Assembly (NCBI GenBank): GCA_965113315.1
Contig: OZ220367.1
Direction: 5' to 3' (one strand)
Length of the DNA stretch: 64,000 nucleotides
From: Podarcis vaucheri
Taxonomy: Eukaryota
The notes beneath the pieces are model-generated. The model ran no database searches. It was not told the origin of the DNA and saw nothing but the letters and a program-made list of their open reading frames with translations. Of this stretch, positions 1 to 13,574 are shown piece by piece. A program made the position numbers and the translations under genes. Numbering within the stretch: position 1 is the stretch's first letter; every line of letters begins with the position of its first letter.

Positions 1-799
1 TTAACTGACATATGGGTTTTACATACAATATGGGCCCATAGTAAGCTCCTATTGTTGCCAGTAGAACCCACATATGCCTTAAAACAAGCAAACATTGTGT
101 GAAGGGGTGTGGTTTTTCAAACAACAAAAAAGGGCTTCTCATCCTGATCCCACACAGCTGACTCACTGGGATCCATCTTATTGTGCAAAGAAAAAGGCTC
201 TCATTTTAGCTGTCTCTCTGCCATAGGAAGAAAGCAATTCTGCTGTTTAAGCAGAGGTGTTGAAGAGGCAACGTCTGTCATTCTGAATAAAAGAAAATGC
301 AAATTGGAAAACATTTAAATACGAGGTTTTTCATTTTTGGTTGCACTTCAGAAAGTTGAGATACTTTCAACCATCTGTCTTGTGTATTTGTTTTGAAGCT
401 CTTTTGCAAATGCTCAGCAATTTATGCAGCCTTGCTGAATTCAGTAACCGGCAAACTGTATCTAAAGAAGCTACACCACAGAATTGGTATTATTAATGCA
501 AGCCAATCATAGCCTTAGTTCTGTTGGGTGAAAATTAAATAATGCAATGTAGCTCCAAGCATTCAAGAATTATGTTTCCTGAATCCATGCACATTTCATT
601 AGTATGATTTAGCAAATTTAGGGATAGGGATTTCTCTCCCCCCCCCCACTTCTTGCTTTGAGATACCTGCAAAGAGGCTTAACTATTTGTAATACCTTAG
701 CATGCCTTGCAAATCATTGTGGAGACTTGGCAGAAACTGAATTCTTTACGTACTTTTTAGTAACAGAGACAGCATTATACATTATATTATATTTAGGAG

Positions 800-1140
800 G
801 CCCGTATATATTTTAATGTGAATCTAATTAATTAGCACTTCCCACACAAATATGTGGAAGTATAGCTATCCTTTGAAATTCACTTCTCTGAATTTTGTGA
901 TGCAGTTCTCTAACCCAAAAACGTAGATAAAAAGGATTTATTTTGGAAAAGTGTGCACAGATATGTACACATTTGTGAAAAGAACATAAAAAATGCATTA
1001 TGTTGGGGAAAATTTGGTTGAAAATGCAGATGTTTGGAGAAATGCGAACAAAAATACATACACTTTTTCATGCTGTACTTAAAATTGAAAAAGGAGAGAA
1101 TGTGATAAACTAAGATAGGCAGATTCGTTCATCTGTGTAT
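800..1140 (-). repeat. Old unclassified interspersed repeat, probably a decayed non-autonomous DNA transposon
   Basis: Reverse-complement similarity to 40380-40685 and 54765-55200 (gaattttgtgatgcagttctctaa vs ttagagaactgcatcacaaaattc). Confidence 0.5.
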
Positions 1141-1294
1141 GCTACACATCAAACTTTGCAACCCTTGGATTGGGTTGCACCTTGTTTCACTTGGGTAGCT
1201 CACTGGTGCACTACTGTTCACTTAATGCAATATAATGTATATACAGAAGTCCACAAATATGGTTTCTAGGCTGTCAGTCGTGACTAGCAATTCA

Positions 1295-2031
1295 CCGTAT
1301 TTTTCGCTCCATAAGACGCACCTGACGCACCTGTGGCCACAGACATGTGATTTGACGGTGAGTTTGGCGTAGCCAAATGCAAAAATCTTGAGAATCCATG
1401 TGAATCCGTGCTTTGTAACCATGTTTTTGTGCCATTGCGGCCCCATGAAACAGTGGGTGCGTGATTTTTTTTGGTGCATGCTGTAGCCATGGACATGCTA
1501 TGTGATCTGATGGTAAATTTGGGGTGTCCCAATGCAAAAATCCTGAGGATCCATGGGTTTTTACCTCCCCCCTCCCAGATAGCCTCCTTTATTTCTAGCC
1601 TCCCTTATCTCCCTCTCCAATCACTTACTGATCAGCTGCTTCCTTTCAACAGTCCCTTCCCTCTTGTTTGCCTTAGTGTCTTTTCCTTAGCTGGAGCAGG
1701 TTTTTGCTCCTCCTTTTCTTCTAATTTCTTTCCTCAATGCTTTAGTCTTCCTGTCTCCAATCCTTGCAAGTTCACTGTCTTTACCTCCCCCCTCCCAGGC
1801 AGCCTCCTTTATTGCTAGCATCCCTTATCTCTCTCCCCGATCGCTTGCCATCAGTGGCTTTGTTTCAACACCCACTTCCCTCTTTTTTCTTTTTTTTTTT
1901 AAAGCATGATCTGCTTTTTGCCCCTGGGCAATTCAGCTCCAGGGATCACACATTCGCTCCATAAGGCACACATACAATTCCCCTTACTTTTTAGGAAGGA
2001 AAAAGTGCGTCTTATGGAGCAAAAAATACGG
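1295..2031. mobile_element. Non-autonomous Tc1/mariner-superfamily (Tc2/pogo-like) DNA transposon
   Basis: TIRs CCGTATTTTTCGCTCCATAAGACGCAC / GTGCGTCTTATGGAGCAAAAAATACGG; TA on the right, CA (mutated) on the left. Internal partial TIR copy near 1953; internal direct repeats at 1561/1781. Confidence 0.8.
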
Positions 2032-2527
2032 TAATGCTGACAGCCGGCAAATGACCATACCAAGCTCTATCTAGCCTAATGCTGCCTACTGTCATTGTAG
2101 CAGATTCTCCATGGTTTCAGGCCATGGTGGAGATGTCAAGAACTGAACCTGGGACCTTATAAATGCAATGCCTGCATTCTTACACTTAGCTATGCCTCCC
2201 CCTTTTCTGGTAGAAATCACAGCACAATAAAAAAACCACCCCAACACTTTTAATACATGTAGGTAGAGAGTGGAACATAGCATTTACCATTAATATTTCT
2301 TTACCATGGAACAGGTTAGTCCACCACACTAATTTAAAGAAGCGTTTTCATTTTTTCAGTTTTTTATATCATAGATATCAATGAAGCAACAACATGAGGA
2401 CAGTGAAGTATTTATCTGATTCCTTCTCTCAAAGAAAATGAATTTTCAAGGCATATCATTCCACTAGTTTTATACAACCCCCTTACAAATATATTTCTTC
2501 ACATTTTTAACTTTAGAAGTTGTGTAC

Positions 2528-2593
2528 CTCTCGATTATCAGCCACAATAATGAGTTCCACATACTTGGTAGATTTCAGGGCTTCCCTCTTGTG
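2528..2593 (-). CDS. ADAM12: ADAM12 coding exon (mammalian exon 7 equivalent, 66 bp): end of furin site and start of metalloprotease domain, HKREALKSTKYVELIIVADNRE
   Basis: Minus strand reads ttttttt-cggtag|CACAAGAGG...AATCGAGAG|gtacac; phase 0/0. Peptide matches human ADAM12 HKRETLKATKYVELVIVADNRE. Confidence 0.95.
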
Positions 2594-2929
2594 CTACCGA
2601 AAAAAAGATATTTGTTTATTTTTATATATTCCCTTTCCCTATTAAAAAAAATGCTAAAGGCAGATAACAACAACAACAACAAAAAGCAAGTAAACAGTAT
2701 CATAATCCACAAAAAATTATCATAATAAAATCAGATTAGGGCAGATAAAAAGCAGCCAGTTAAAAACATAATTAAACTAAAATACAAGTTAAAACACAGA
2801 GCAAAGAGATCAGATGAATGCTATTAGTAATCCAAGGACACCTAGGTCTCTAGATATCTATTTCCTATAACAGTGGTATGTTATAAAACAATTTAAATAT
2901 CACTACTTCATTTGTGTGTGTGCGTAAAA

Positions 2930-3090
2930 TGAAATTTGTATCGCACCTCTCTTCCATCATGGAACTATGGCTAAACCATAGTTAGCAATAATGTCATAAG
3001 CGACCAAGTTTTAGTACAGATGAGGTTCTTGGGTGGACTTCCATCCACGTACTGACCAGACCAGTCCCAGAGCTTCTTAGCTTCAACAAG
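2930..3090 (-). mobile_element. Degenerate 5S-rRNA-headed SINE (SINE3-like)
   Basis: Minus strand gaagctaag...ggtctggtcagtacgtggatgg resembles the 5S internal promoter; ends ttccatgatggaagagaggtgcgatacaaat, an L2-like tail. Confidence 0.45.
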
Positions 3091-3630
3091 GTTGTTGGAC
3101 AATGTCCTGGGCCCACCATATTTCAATATTCCCATGCAATGAGATAAAAGTGCAACATTCTTCAATATTAGTGTACAGTGGACTGGCATGATAGTCACTT
3201 CAGTCATAACACATTTTAAACACATGGATACACTTTGCCTCTCCTGTTGTTTGTATTCACATGTAAATTGCAAACATAATGAAGTTTGCGACATGGATCA
3301 TCTAGTAAGGACCACCAACTTAGATTTGCTTATTTTCATGCTATATTCATACACATCTTCAGATACTAAAATTGAAATATAATTTCAAGGCAAGAAACTA
3401 AGGGGTCAGAAGCGATGAACACCTTAAGTCAGGGGTAGGTAGATTTAGGATTATTAGATCTACTTTACTTTTTACTAGAACCCTGAGGTCCACTGACCTA
3501 AGCCTGGGGCAAAGATATTAAACAACCGAAATTGAAGCCTAAGAACTGAATGGAGTTCATGGTTCTTCCACACAAAAATCCACTCTTGGTTACCCCAATA
3601 TTACTTCATTTCAGTAATATAATTTAGATC

Positions 3631-3631
<1 letters not shown>

Positions 3632-3661
<30 letters not shown>
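3632..3661. repeat. (GT)n microsatellite
   Basis: Read directly. Confidence 0.95.
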
Positions 3662-3665
<4 letters not shown>

Positions 3666-4047
3666 CATTTTGTTGCTGCTAATGTAAAATATTGGGTGTC
3701 TGAAATATTTGCTGAGATGGTGCAATCCATGTATCAGTAGAGTCAATCTAACCTCCTGCACATCCCTCAAGAAATGCACACACACATTACACGTTCTTCA
3801 TTGTACCCCAGAACAGGGTACTTGAATGTGAAAAAATACACTGAGATTAAAAAATGAAGGGTAGATCAACCTTAGAACAGCGGGGAAGTATATATAATAC
3901 ATAAGTAACTTTGTATTAATGTAGCATTTTTACATGTAACTGGTTTTTTTGTTGTAATATTTGGTTTAACTTGTCTGTTGTTGCTTCTGTTTTCTGCATA
4001 GCACTTAAGATATTTTTAATATACCGATATACCGATCAATCAAAGTA

Positions 4048-4258
4048 CAGCTGTACCTTGGTGGTCAAATGGAATCCGTTCTGGAAGTCCGTTCGACTTC
4101 TGAAAATGTTCAACAAGCAAGGCGCAGCTTCTGATTGGCTGCAGGAGCTACCTGCACTCAATTGGAAGCCACGGAAGATGTTCGGCTTCCAAGGAATGTT
4201 CGCAAACCGGAACACTCACGTTCGAGTCGCAAGGCGTTCAAGATCCAAGGTACGGCCG
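4048..4258. mobile_element. Tc1/mariner (Tigger-like) MITE
   Basis: TA|CAGCTGTACCTTGG ... CCAAGGTACGGCCG|TA; related to the 28640, 58543 and 63309 copies. Confidence 0.75.
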
Positions 4259-4261
4259 TAT

Positions 4262-4582
4262 TAAATGTACTAGTAGGCAGTAACCTTTTTGTCTCTGAAG
4301 GGCTATATAGGGCAGTCGGAAGGAGAGGGCCACATACCAGTAGGTTTGAGCAGGAAAAAAGGGAGGTGTGAGGAGGTCGCTGATACAAGTAAATGAAAGG
4401 TAGAGATATAGAGATATTGGATGTGTTTATTTTTAAATGTTTTTGCTTTTCTTGTTGTTTTATTGTGTTGTTTTTTGTTTTTCCCCCCTTTATTTTTGAT
4501 GTATTGTGAACTTTTTATTGTTTCTTTCTTCTTTTTTCTGTAACTATTAAACTTTTAATAAATATCTTTTTTTTAAAAAAAA
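4262..4582 (+). mobile_element. Probable L1-like LINE 3' end
   Basis: G-rich segment, then T-rich tract, AATAAA near 4557 and an A-tail. Family not certain. Confidence 0.35.
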
Positions 4583-5849
4583 GATTCATCTTCACAAACA
4601 GTACAAACAACCAAATGAGCAGCATTTTCATGCTCCAAAGAATTTGAACTACCTCAAAATAAAAACAAATGGGACAAAAGAGCTCCTGGAGATATGAGGT
4701 AAGCTCCTGAACTTCTTATGTCTGATTAACATTATTAATCTGCTCCATGACTTGTCTGGAGGATGCGTTTCTTAGACAGACCATTTGTTTCTAAAATACA
4801 CCTAATTATCACTTCTCTCTGCTTGCACAGCACAGCTTTCATAGTGCAATCAACTCCTCATTCATCCAAGACCGTAATTTTTTTAAAACAACAACAACAA
4901 CACAAACACAAAATAATTAAGCAAAATAACATATTTACAAACTATGTAAATGCAAAGGGGGGAAAAACAGTTTAGAGTCCTTGTTTCCCCACACTATTTC
5001 ACAGTCTCTGCAGGATTCTTTTTATTTAATCTAGTGTCAAAACAGATAAGCAAGAACCCTAAAGTAGCTTCAGAGAAGCTTATTCCTTGGTGGCTGAAAG
5101 CACATGGAGATGTAATTGTTGGCAGTTCCAACCACATGTCTTTGCACGCTACCACATCCTGAGATTTCTGAGGAAAGCTGTGAGGAAAGGAACCTAATGC
5201 TGAGTTTTAAAAGTGGCTGAAATCTGTAAACAATCATCTCTTCATGTAGTAAGATTTAAAATGGCCAATACATACTTCCTGAAGTTCTATTTCCACCAGA
5301 TAGGGATTATCATTTTAGGAAGAAAAAAACCACCACTTTTTAAAGTCTTTAAACAAGCTATGGAGTTTATCTACAGCCTTGCTGAAAATTGCCTTTAATT
5401 TGTTTTGTCTCGTGTTAGGATTTATTCTGGAGTGAACTGCTCTGTTACAGTGAAGTCTGCTTGGAGAAAGTGCTTTTCATACAAAGGAGCTTAATAACTG
5501 GAAACAAAAGACGTGTGTGCAGATCAAATATCCTTATTAATGTGAATAGGAATGTGCTGTGAGCTCCATAGAGGTATCTGAGTGCATCTTTGATATCTAG
5601 ACCAGAACACATGGTTGTCTGTAAACTTGCTTCCCTGTAACTTATACAGTATATGTACAAAGCCAGAGATTTGTTTTTTTAAAAAAACAATTTAAATCCT
5701 TTTTATCATTTATCTTAAAGTTAAATTGAAACACTTTTGAAACATACCGGTACTTATCAAAAGATATTTGGAGAAATATATTAAAAATAAAATCCCCCAT
5801 TTTAAACAGTAGCTATTTCTTTTTTATTAAGGTGACCTAATTACTCCAT

Positions 5850-6205
5850 GGGACGCGGGTGGCGCTGTGGGTAAAACCTCAGCGACTAGGACTTGCTGAT
5901 CGCATGGTCGGCGGTTCAAATCCCCGCAGCGGGGTGCGCTCCCGTTGCTCGGTCCCAGCACCTGCCAACCTAGCAGTTCGAAAGCACCCCCAGGTGCAAG
6001 CAGATAAATAGGGACCGCTTACTAGCGGGAAGGTAAACGGCATTTCCATGTGCTGCGCTGGCTCGCCAGAGCAGCTTCATCACGCTGGCCACGTGAGCCG
6101 GAAGTGTCTTCGGACAGCGCTGGCTCCCGGCCTCTAGAGTGAGATGAGCGCACAACCCTAGAGTCTGTCAAGACTGGCCCGTACCAGCAGGGGTACCTTT
6201 ACCTT
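5850..6205 (+). mobile_element. Sauria SINE, full length
   Basis: Starts GGGACGCGGGTGGCGCTGTGGG and ends in (ACCTTT)n; 12-bp TSD taattactccat (5838-5849, 6206-6217). Confidence 0.92.
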
Positions 6206-7388
6206 TAATTACTCCATACAGTATTTGTATGTGGGGGGAAACTTTTCCTCTTGGGAACATATTCAGTACAGAATCTATATGAATGGAACCTTAAGTATAT
6301 AAGGCTGACTTCAGACTTCACCTTCACCAAATGGGAAAGGTTTTTTCTGCCTATGGAAGGCTACTGTTCAGCAGAGGGATCCCACTAACTGAGGGAACTT
6401 CAGCTGATTTTTCCACTCCCATTGCATAAAACTGCACTACCTCTGTCTCCTAAACATCCAGAACAGTCTGGGATGTGGTACTGAGGTCTGCAGGCAAAAA
6501 AGTGCTTCTCCTCTTCTGCTGGTACAAGTTTGAATCCAACCCATATGTGTACTACGTTGGCATAGAATCTGTCACAGCCTTGAAGATCACATATGTTTAT
6601 ACAGTACGTTACTCATGGCTCCCTCACTTTTATAAATTATTTTGCAAGACTGGTTATTCTGATATGGAACTCTATGCACATTTATACATGAGCTGTTCTA
6701 GTGTTAATGAACTGAAACAGTCTACACATCCATTGTATAGCTGCAGCACATACAATGGTAAAACGGATTTTAGAAGCATACAGTAAGGAGCAATAATATT
6801 TGGAAATGTACCTTTTAAGGCTAATACAATGCAAATGCATTTGTTCCATCATATAAATAATACCCCTTGATGTTGGGCTAGGCTGGTGTACCTAATTTGA
6901 ACTTAATAAATATGATAAGTGGGTTACATAGCCAATGTGCCTTATGCACTACAATACTTCTCATGCAATAAGTACTTTAGACAGATCTGCTACCACATTA
7001 TTCCCTGACCCCTCTCTTTAATGCTTGCTTAATGCATATATAAATATGTGGTCTTATTTGCTGTATCTGCCAAAACCTCTTCCCCCATTTCATTACACAG
7101 TATGTAGCTCCCATTATCTTGATATGCATTTTTATTCAAGTGATATACCAATGGGGAAAATGTTTGAGACCCTATACTTTAACAGTGTAACTGACTGGGG
7201 CATTTATAATTTTTCAACAGCAGAATCTTCCATAATAGTCTTTAGTTATTGGGAAACTCTTTTCCTAAATTTGGAGTTTGTTATTAGAATAGTAACAGAA
7301 ATCAGGCCACCAGCAGCACTTGTTGATCTGCTAGCTATCAGAAAGAATTATAGGGACAAACTACAGACAGCAACCTATTTCTGTAAAG

Positions 7389-7527
7389 CAGAGATAGGCA
7401 GCTTATGGCCCTACAGATGCTGCTGGACTGCAGCTCCCATCATTCCTGACCATTGGCCATGCTGACCGGGGTTGACAGGAGTTGGAAGCCCAACCATATC
7501 CAGAGGGCTACAGGACCCCCATCCTTG
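7389..7527. mobile_element. Decayed hAT-type palindromic MITE
   Basis: Diverged similarity to the 11712-11844 family (ggactgcagctcccatcattcctgaccattgg). Confidence 0.55.
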
Positions 7528-7852
7528 CCACAAAGTATTTAGTCATTAAACATTATGCAGACATATTTAACCTTTAGCTGACAAAAGATGCTGCTTAGAA
7601 ATTCAAGTGGCTTGAATAGTTAATGAGGAAGATTCACAAAATGGAAAAATAAACAGTGGATGCGAACCTTTTCCCGGCAATAGCACAATGTACAAAGTAA
7701 ATCAGCTTTCCCCAATATTCTCTACTTTTGCCATGTATTGCTGCAATATGCTTCAAAACAGACTTTATCCCAAGATATGGAGACATAATGTCAGATTTGC
7801 CTAGATCTGATTCTTTAAAAGCATGAAGGAGAAAAGTACAATTTCCACCTAC

Positions 7853-8036
7853 CCTGCTAGCAAATTTCTGGATAAATTGTGTGGTATCCTCCGGAGTGAT
7901 GCCTGAGATGTTAGGATGATGACCACAAGAACCCAGAGCTAGTTTTAAGTCCCTTGCTTGGTAGATTATATGTTCATTTGTAGCACCTTCCAGTGGCTCC
8001 AAAATATAGGCATTATCCTCAAACAAAATAAGTCCC
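7853..8036 (-). CDS. ADAM12: ADAM12 coding exon (exon 6 equivalent, 184 bp): prodomain with cysteine switch, (R)GLILFEDNAYILEPLEGATNEHIIYQARDLKLALGSCGHHPNISGITPEDTTQFIQKFASR
   Basis: acag| acceptor at 8037-8038 and |gtaggt donor at 7851-7852; lies within ORF 7634-8065. Similar to human RGLIVFENESYVLEP...RGSCGSHH. Phase 2/0 fits both neighbours. Confidence 0.95.
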
Positions 8037-10121
8037 CTGTAGTATAAGACAAATAAATGATGCATTCCTTTATAGTGCTATGTCGTATGCTTGGTTTGCA
8101 ACAAAGTGACAGATTTTCAATAAGTATGAAAGAATAGCATATGTTTAGATCAAACCCCAATGGGGCACAACTATAAATTCTGCATACTGTAATCTTGGCA
8201 TACAGTTCGCTACAATGAATGTATTGTTTCTCTCTGCTTAAACCCTGCAGCCCAGTGCCAAACTGCATTTGCATTTTATAGCAATGCATGAACATTCTCT
8301 TCCCAGAGAGACGACGTCATCTGGCACAGGGCTGGTGCTCAGCAACTCTTTCTGATATTTTGAATTATTATGACTTTAATGAATTTATTCTTGCTTGCTT
8401 TACTTATATGTTACTGTATTTGATATTATAGTGTTTGCAACTATAGTATCTATAGATATATTATATAAATAAAAAATAGATATAGATATTATCACTATGG
8501 TGATTATTGTGAGCTGCTTTCAGCTCAACGCTTGTTGGAAAAGTGGAATACAAATATCAAATCGATATCAAGTGACCATTGCTCAAGCCTTTGCAGTGTA
8601 CTTGTTTTGGAAAACTCCAAAGAAAAATTAACAAACAGAAACAACAGTCTTTAAACTCTAGTATGGGCATTCAACATGCCAAAGGGTATGGCTATCAGCA
8701 AATACCAATGAAAACAAAATTAAACAAGGAAACAGGATCAATTTAAAAAAACTTTTTTTTTTTGGATCAGTTAATAAGACCAAATTGGTTTGTTGAGAAT
8801 GGTGAGAGTGGGTGCATGAAGAATTCAGCACATATTGTTAAGAGTCTTATAATTACTCCACTATGTGTTCAGCTCAATGCTCGATCAATGATCACTGTGC
8901 CAAAAGCACACACCATTTTAAGCAGCTTTGTAACATCATTGTCATCCCACATTTAAGAGCAGAAATTCTTCCAAGACAGCTTACAAGGAAAATAAAAAAG
9001 ACATTAATAAAATCACATTGAAATGACACCAAAATAATGAATGAGTCTTCAGGATTCTTCCCAACTGCAGCCGGTTTTGTGGGTGGGAAGTTGAGTGGGA
9101 ACAATCCTGATGGAATAGACTCTGAAGTCTTCTCTTCTTTGCCTACTTGACTCACTCGCCTTCTTTCACACAGGTTGGAGGGGAGACAGAGAACCCAGGT
9201 GGAGCAGGCTTTGAGAGCTGGCTCTGAGATCTTTGAGTGCCTACCTGCTTGCTTGGTGCTCCTGTTCCTTCCCCGTTGTATGTAATGACTTGCAAGTTGG
9301 ATATGTGAACCAAAACAGGGCTGTGTCACCACATGCCCTCCCTGCATTGGGAACGTCCAGTCTACATTCTCACAATGCTCAATGAAGAATGAAATCAAGG
9401 ACGCATCCAAGAGAGAGCTCAAAGTATAGGTGATGGTGTGGAAGCAAGAAGTCTGTTACTTGCTCCTCTTCAGCTCAAGACCGCTCTTCCACCAATGGCT
9501 ATCAAACCCATTGCAGGGGCCAACACGCAATTTAATTCCTGACAATGAATGTGGATCACCTCCATGAGGGATAACATGAAAACTAGTTCAGTCTTTGTTG
9601 CAAAACTGGTACTGAGCTGGAGACGAAGATATCTCCATTTCTCCTAAGCACCTACCTCCCAAGATTTCATAGTGCAATACAAATCACCTCTCTACACCAC
9701 AACTGATTCTCCTTCTGCAAGATAGGGATAACACTTAGCTCTCTCAACAGGGTGTTACAAGGCTTAACTAGATCCTTTCAGAAAGCATCCTTAGGAATAA
9801 ACAGCAATAATTCCTACTGCTTTTGAAAAGTGGCTGCACTCCGGCTTATGTAATTACTGCCAAAAGCTTTGAGCTGTATAAGAGATTCTTTAATTCCTGT
9901 ATCCAAATAGCTATGAGCTACTGGTACTTAATACACAGTATTAGCTACCTCCCTAGGCAAAGAGAACTTTTCCTGTAAGACCCTGCTCCAGGGAAGCTGG
10001 GAGGGCACAGTCTTAAAAATTATGCCAAGCCTACAAGATGATCTAGAAGCTTTTATGGGGTAACATAATGATCAGGTTTTACTTATCACATGCCAATCAA
10101 CACAGCATTCCAATCAAAAAT

Positions 10122-11102
10122 TAGAATCATAGAATCATAGAGATGGAAGAGACCACAAGGGCCATCGAGTCCAACCCCCTGCCAAGCAGGAAACACCATC
10201 AGAGCACTCCTGACATATGGTTGTCAAGCCTCTGCATAAAAACCTCCAAAGAAGGAGACTCCACCACACTCCTTGGCAGCAAATTCCACTGTCAAACAGC
10301 TCTTACTGTCAGGAAGTTCTTCCTAATGTTTAGGTGGAATTTTCTTTCTTGTAGTTTGAATCCATTGCTCCGTGTCCGCTTCTCTGGAGCAGTAGAAAAC
10401 AACCTTTCTCCCTCCTCTATGTGACATCCTTTTATATATTTGAACATGGCTATCATATCACCCCTTAACCTCTTCTTCTCCAGGCTAAACATGCCCAGCT
10501 CCCTTAGCCGTTCCTCATAAGGCATCGTTTCCAGGCCTTTGACCATTTTGGTTGCCCTCCTCTGGACACGTTCCAGTTTGTCAGTGTCCTTCTTGAACTG
10601 TGGTGCCCAGAACTGGACACAGTACTCCAGGTGAGGTCTGACCAGAGCAGAATACAGTGGCACTATTACTTCCCTTGATCTAGATGCTATACTCCTATTG
10701 ATGCAGCCCAGAATTGCATTGGCTTTTTTAGCTGCCGCGTCACACTGTTGACTCATGTCAAGTTTGTGGTCAACCAAGACTCCTAGATCCTTTTCACAGG
10801 TACTGCTCTCAAGCCAGGTGTCACCCATCTTGTATTTGTGCCTCTCATTTTTTTTGCCCAAGTGCAATACTTTACATTTCTCCCTGTTAAAATTCATCTT
10901 GTTTGTTTTGGCCCAGTTCTCTAATCTGTCAAGGTTGTTTTGAAGTGTGATCCTGTCCTCTGGGGTGTTAGCCACCCCTCCCAGTTTGGTGTCATCTGCA
11001 AATTTGATCAGGATGCCCTTGAGTCCATCATCCAAGTCGTTGATAAAGATGTTGAATAAGACCGGGCCCAAGACAGAACCCTGTGGCACCCCACTAGTCA
11101 CT
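10122..11102 (-). mobile_element. CR1 LINE, 5'-truncated (C-terminal RT and 3' UTR)
   Basis: Uninterrupted ORF 10292-11101 with [20 protein letters not shown] and KFADD motifs; (ATTCTATG)n tail at 10122-10140. Confidence 0.95.
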
Positions 11103-11432
11103 CAATCAATAAAATAAAATAAAATAATGGAAAGCTATAACATGTGCTATAATTGTCCTTAATTACCAGAGTTATTTTTTCATAGCGTTCCTTCCTTAAT
11201 CATTGTCTCCGTTTTGTCCTTTTTTGAGGAGATCAGATTAATAGGTGCCTAATGTGACTTGCTGGCATTGTGGGCTAGCAAGTAGGCAGATGTCTTATTT
11301 TTAGCACACGTTGATGTAATTGCTTTCCTATGAATACTAAGGCTGGAATCCTGCACACCCTTACCTGGGAGTAAGTTCCATAGAACGAAGTGTAGGATTA
11401 CTCACCCTCCCACAGAACAAACCTTGGAGTGA

Positions 11433-11573
11433 TGTGGCCCTGATCTTAGTTGGTTAGAGTGTGGTGCTGACAACACCAAGTTTGCAGGTTTGATCCCATA
11501 AGGGACAGCTGCATATTCCTGCATGCACCGGGTTGATCCTCAGGGTCCCTTCCAATGCTATGATTCTATGATC
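11433..11573 (+). mobile_element. tRNA-Ile-headed SINE with CR1-derived tail
   Basis: ttagttggttagagtgtggtgctgacaacaccaagtttgcaggtttgatccc resembles tRNA-Ile; tail attcctgca...ggtcccttccaatgctatgattctatga. Confidence 0.7.
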
Positions 11574-11711
11574 CTCACTGTGGGAAACTGCACACTTGCT
11601 CATTCTCACCAGTGAAACATGCCAATGATAGGATTGCATCACAATGCTGGTGCAAAGGTGCCAGTCATATCCTGTAGCAGCACTGGATTCCTTAAGCTTG
11701 ATCCTATATAC

Positions 11712-11844
11712 CAGACATCCCCAAACTCAGCCCTCCAGCTGTTTTTGGACTACAACTCCCATCATCCCTAGCTAACAGGACCAGTGGTCAAGGATGGGAA
11801 TTGTAGTCCCAAAACAGCTGGAGGGCCAAGTTTGGGGATGCCTG
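11712..11844. mobile_element. hAT (Charlie-like) palindromic MITE
   Basis: CAGACATCCCCAAACT / AGTTTGGGGATGCCTG termini; perfect 8-bp TSD CTATATAC. Confidence 0.88.
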
Positions 11845-12524
11845 CTATATACTCTTACAGTGGAGTACACAGAGGATAGGATGTAGTGGTGTTTTAAGTT
11901 ACCTTCAATAAAGCTGAGAATGACACTGAAGATGACTTATTCAGCCACATGTAAACATTCCTAGCCACTGCGCATCCTGCAACATGAATGAGACTCTGCA
12001 AAGATACAACCAGCAGTGGCCAACAACTTCCTACAGCTGCTAACTTTATGAGAAAGCTTAATTAAATAAATGTGGCACTCTTCTGGGCATTTCCCCCCCC
12101 CCTCCCATGTTCACAACCTTTTTAATATCTAAATAATGTGCAAAATGTAGAAGTTTTTGTCTTAATTTTGTTGACAATATAAACTTAAAATAGCTCTGCT
12201 TTATTTAAGGTCAGAGAGAATTCTTGATTATTTCCTACTGAGGGCTTCAGTTTTCAGATTTATATTTTATTAGTAATGATAGGTTTTTAAAAGCTATCAC
12301 ATGTTCATCACACAGCAGCACTGAGCTATATTGTCCCCCAAATAAGTTCTTTCTGTAACCACAGTTCATCCCTTCACAGCAGTAGGGAATTGGGGTGACA
12401 TGGAAGGTTGCAATCCGATGCACACTTACCTGGAATTAAATCCCTAGAAGTAAGTAACTCAATGGGGCTTACATTCATTCTGAGTAGACACTGTTCAGCT
12501 TAACTTTCATGGTGTCAACTAAAG

Positions 12525-12714
12525 GTCAGTGGGCTTTCTGGTGCAGTATCTGCTTTGCATGTGGTTAAGTCTCAGGTTCAATCTCTGGCATCTCCAGGTA
12601 GCTTTGATAGACCTCTGTCTAAAACCCTGGAGAGCCGCAGCCAGGCAGGGTAAACAATACTGAGTGAGATGGCTCATTGGCCTGACTCAGTATAAAATAT
12701 TGTTTTCTATGTTC
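12525..12714 (+). mobile_element. Old tRNA(Ala-like)-derived SINE with CR1/L3-type tail
   Basis: tctgctttgcatg...caggttcaatctctggcatctcca head; tail ctgactcagtataa...ctatgttc. A more decayed inverse copy lies at about 2040-2195. Confidence 0.55.
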
Positions 12715-13147
12715 ACTAGTGCTATAAGGTATTTCCTCCATCCCATACCGAGAGACAAGATGGACAAGACTGTACAAAAAACTGCTGTTTCAGCATAAAG
12801 GAGGGGAAAGGGAAGTCAGACACTGTGAAGCTCACTTCTGTTCAGTAGGTAGTAAAGAGTCAAGAAAGGATGAACTCTTCCTCTGACTCAGAAGACCAGG
12901 TCAATTACATTGTTTTACCACCAGTAGTGAAATAGATCTACCCATTTCAGAAGATAACTGCAGCAGCACAGGATAGGGTAGGGGAAACTGCCTGTTCTGC
13001 TGTCTGCCAAACCAGGGGTGGGAACCTTTTCCAGCTGGTTCCAAAGCTCTCCCATCCAGAACCATTTCGACTGGTGAACAAGACTGTCCACTTGCCAATA
13101 ATCTGGCAAGGTTAGGTGTTTTTATGATTTAAGGTTGTCCCACTTAC

Positions 13148-13224
13148 CTGAGTCCAGAGCATGTACTCAAAGTTACTGCAGACTCGGCATAATCTTGGAC
13201 ATGACCATGGTAGTAGCAATGAGC
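13148..13224 (-). CDS. ADAM12: ADAM12 coding exon (exon 5 equivalent, 77 bp): AHCYYHGHVQDYAESAVTLSTCSGL(R)
   Basis: ttctctgttcaattag| ... |gtaagtg. ADAM prodomain motif HCYYHG...LSTCSGLRG; human GHCYYHGHVRGYSDSAVSLSTCSGLR. Phase 0/2. Confidence 0.96.
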
Positions 13225-13574
13225 CTAATTGAACAGAGAATAGTGAGGGGGGAATCAGTATCTATAGCTCAGCTCATTTCATTTCATAAGTAATGCTAAA
13301 CCAAACTACAGTTAAGCATAAACAAACAAGCTGCAGCTCTTCAGAAGGAAAAAACAAGGTTGGTTCACTCTAGACAAACTATAAACTATAGTCATGGTTT
13401 GTTCTTGGCTTCTCGAGGTGAAACAAACCGTGAGCCCAGGTTCAGGGATGCCAGCAGGCTTTCCTGGGCCCAGTACACAGTTAACAATAACTAGGGCCAG
13501 CTCTAGCTTTCTGGGGGCTCAGACTATCAGTGGGCCTCTTATCCTCAAACCACACACCCCTTCCTCAAGGCCCC

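Noticed and set aside
8892-9422. 176-aa minus-strand ORF between exons 5 and 6
   Set aside because: No domain similarity, and ADAM12 exons 5 and 6 already join in frame without it.
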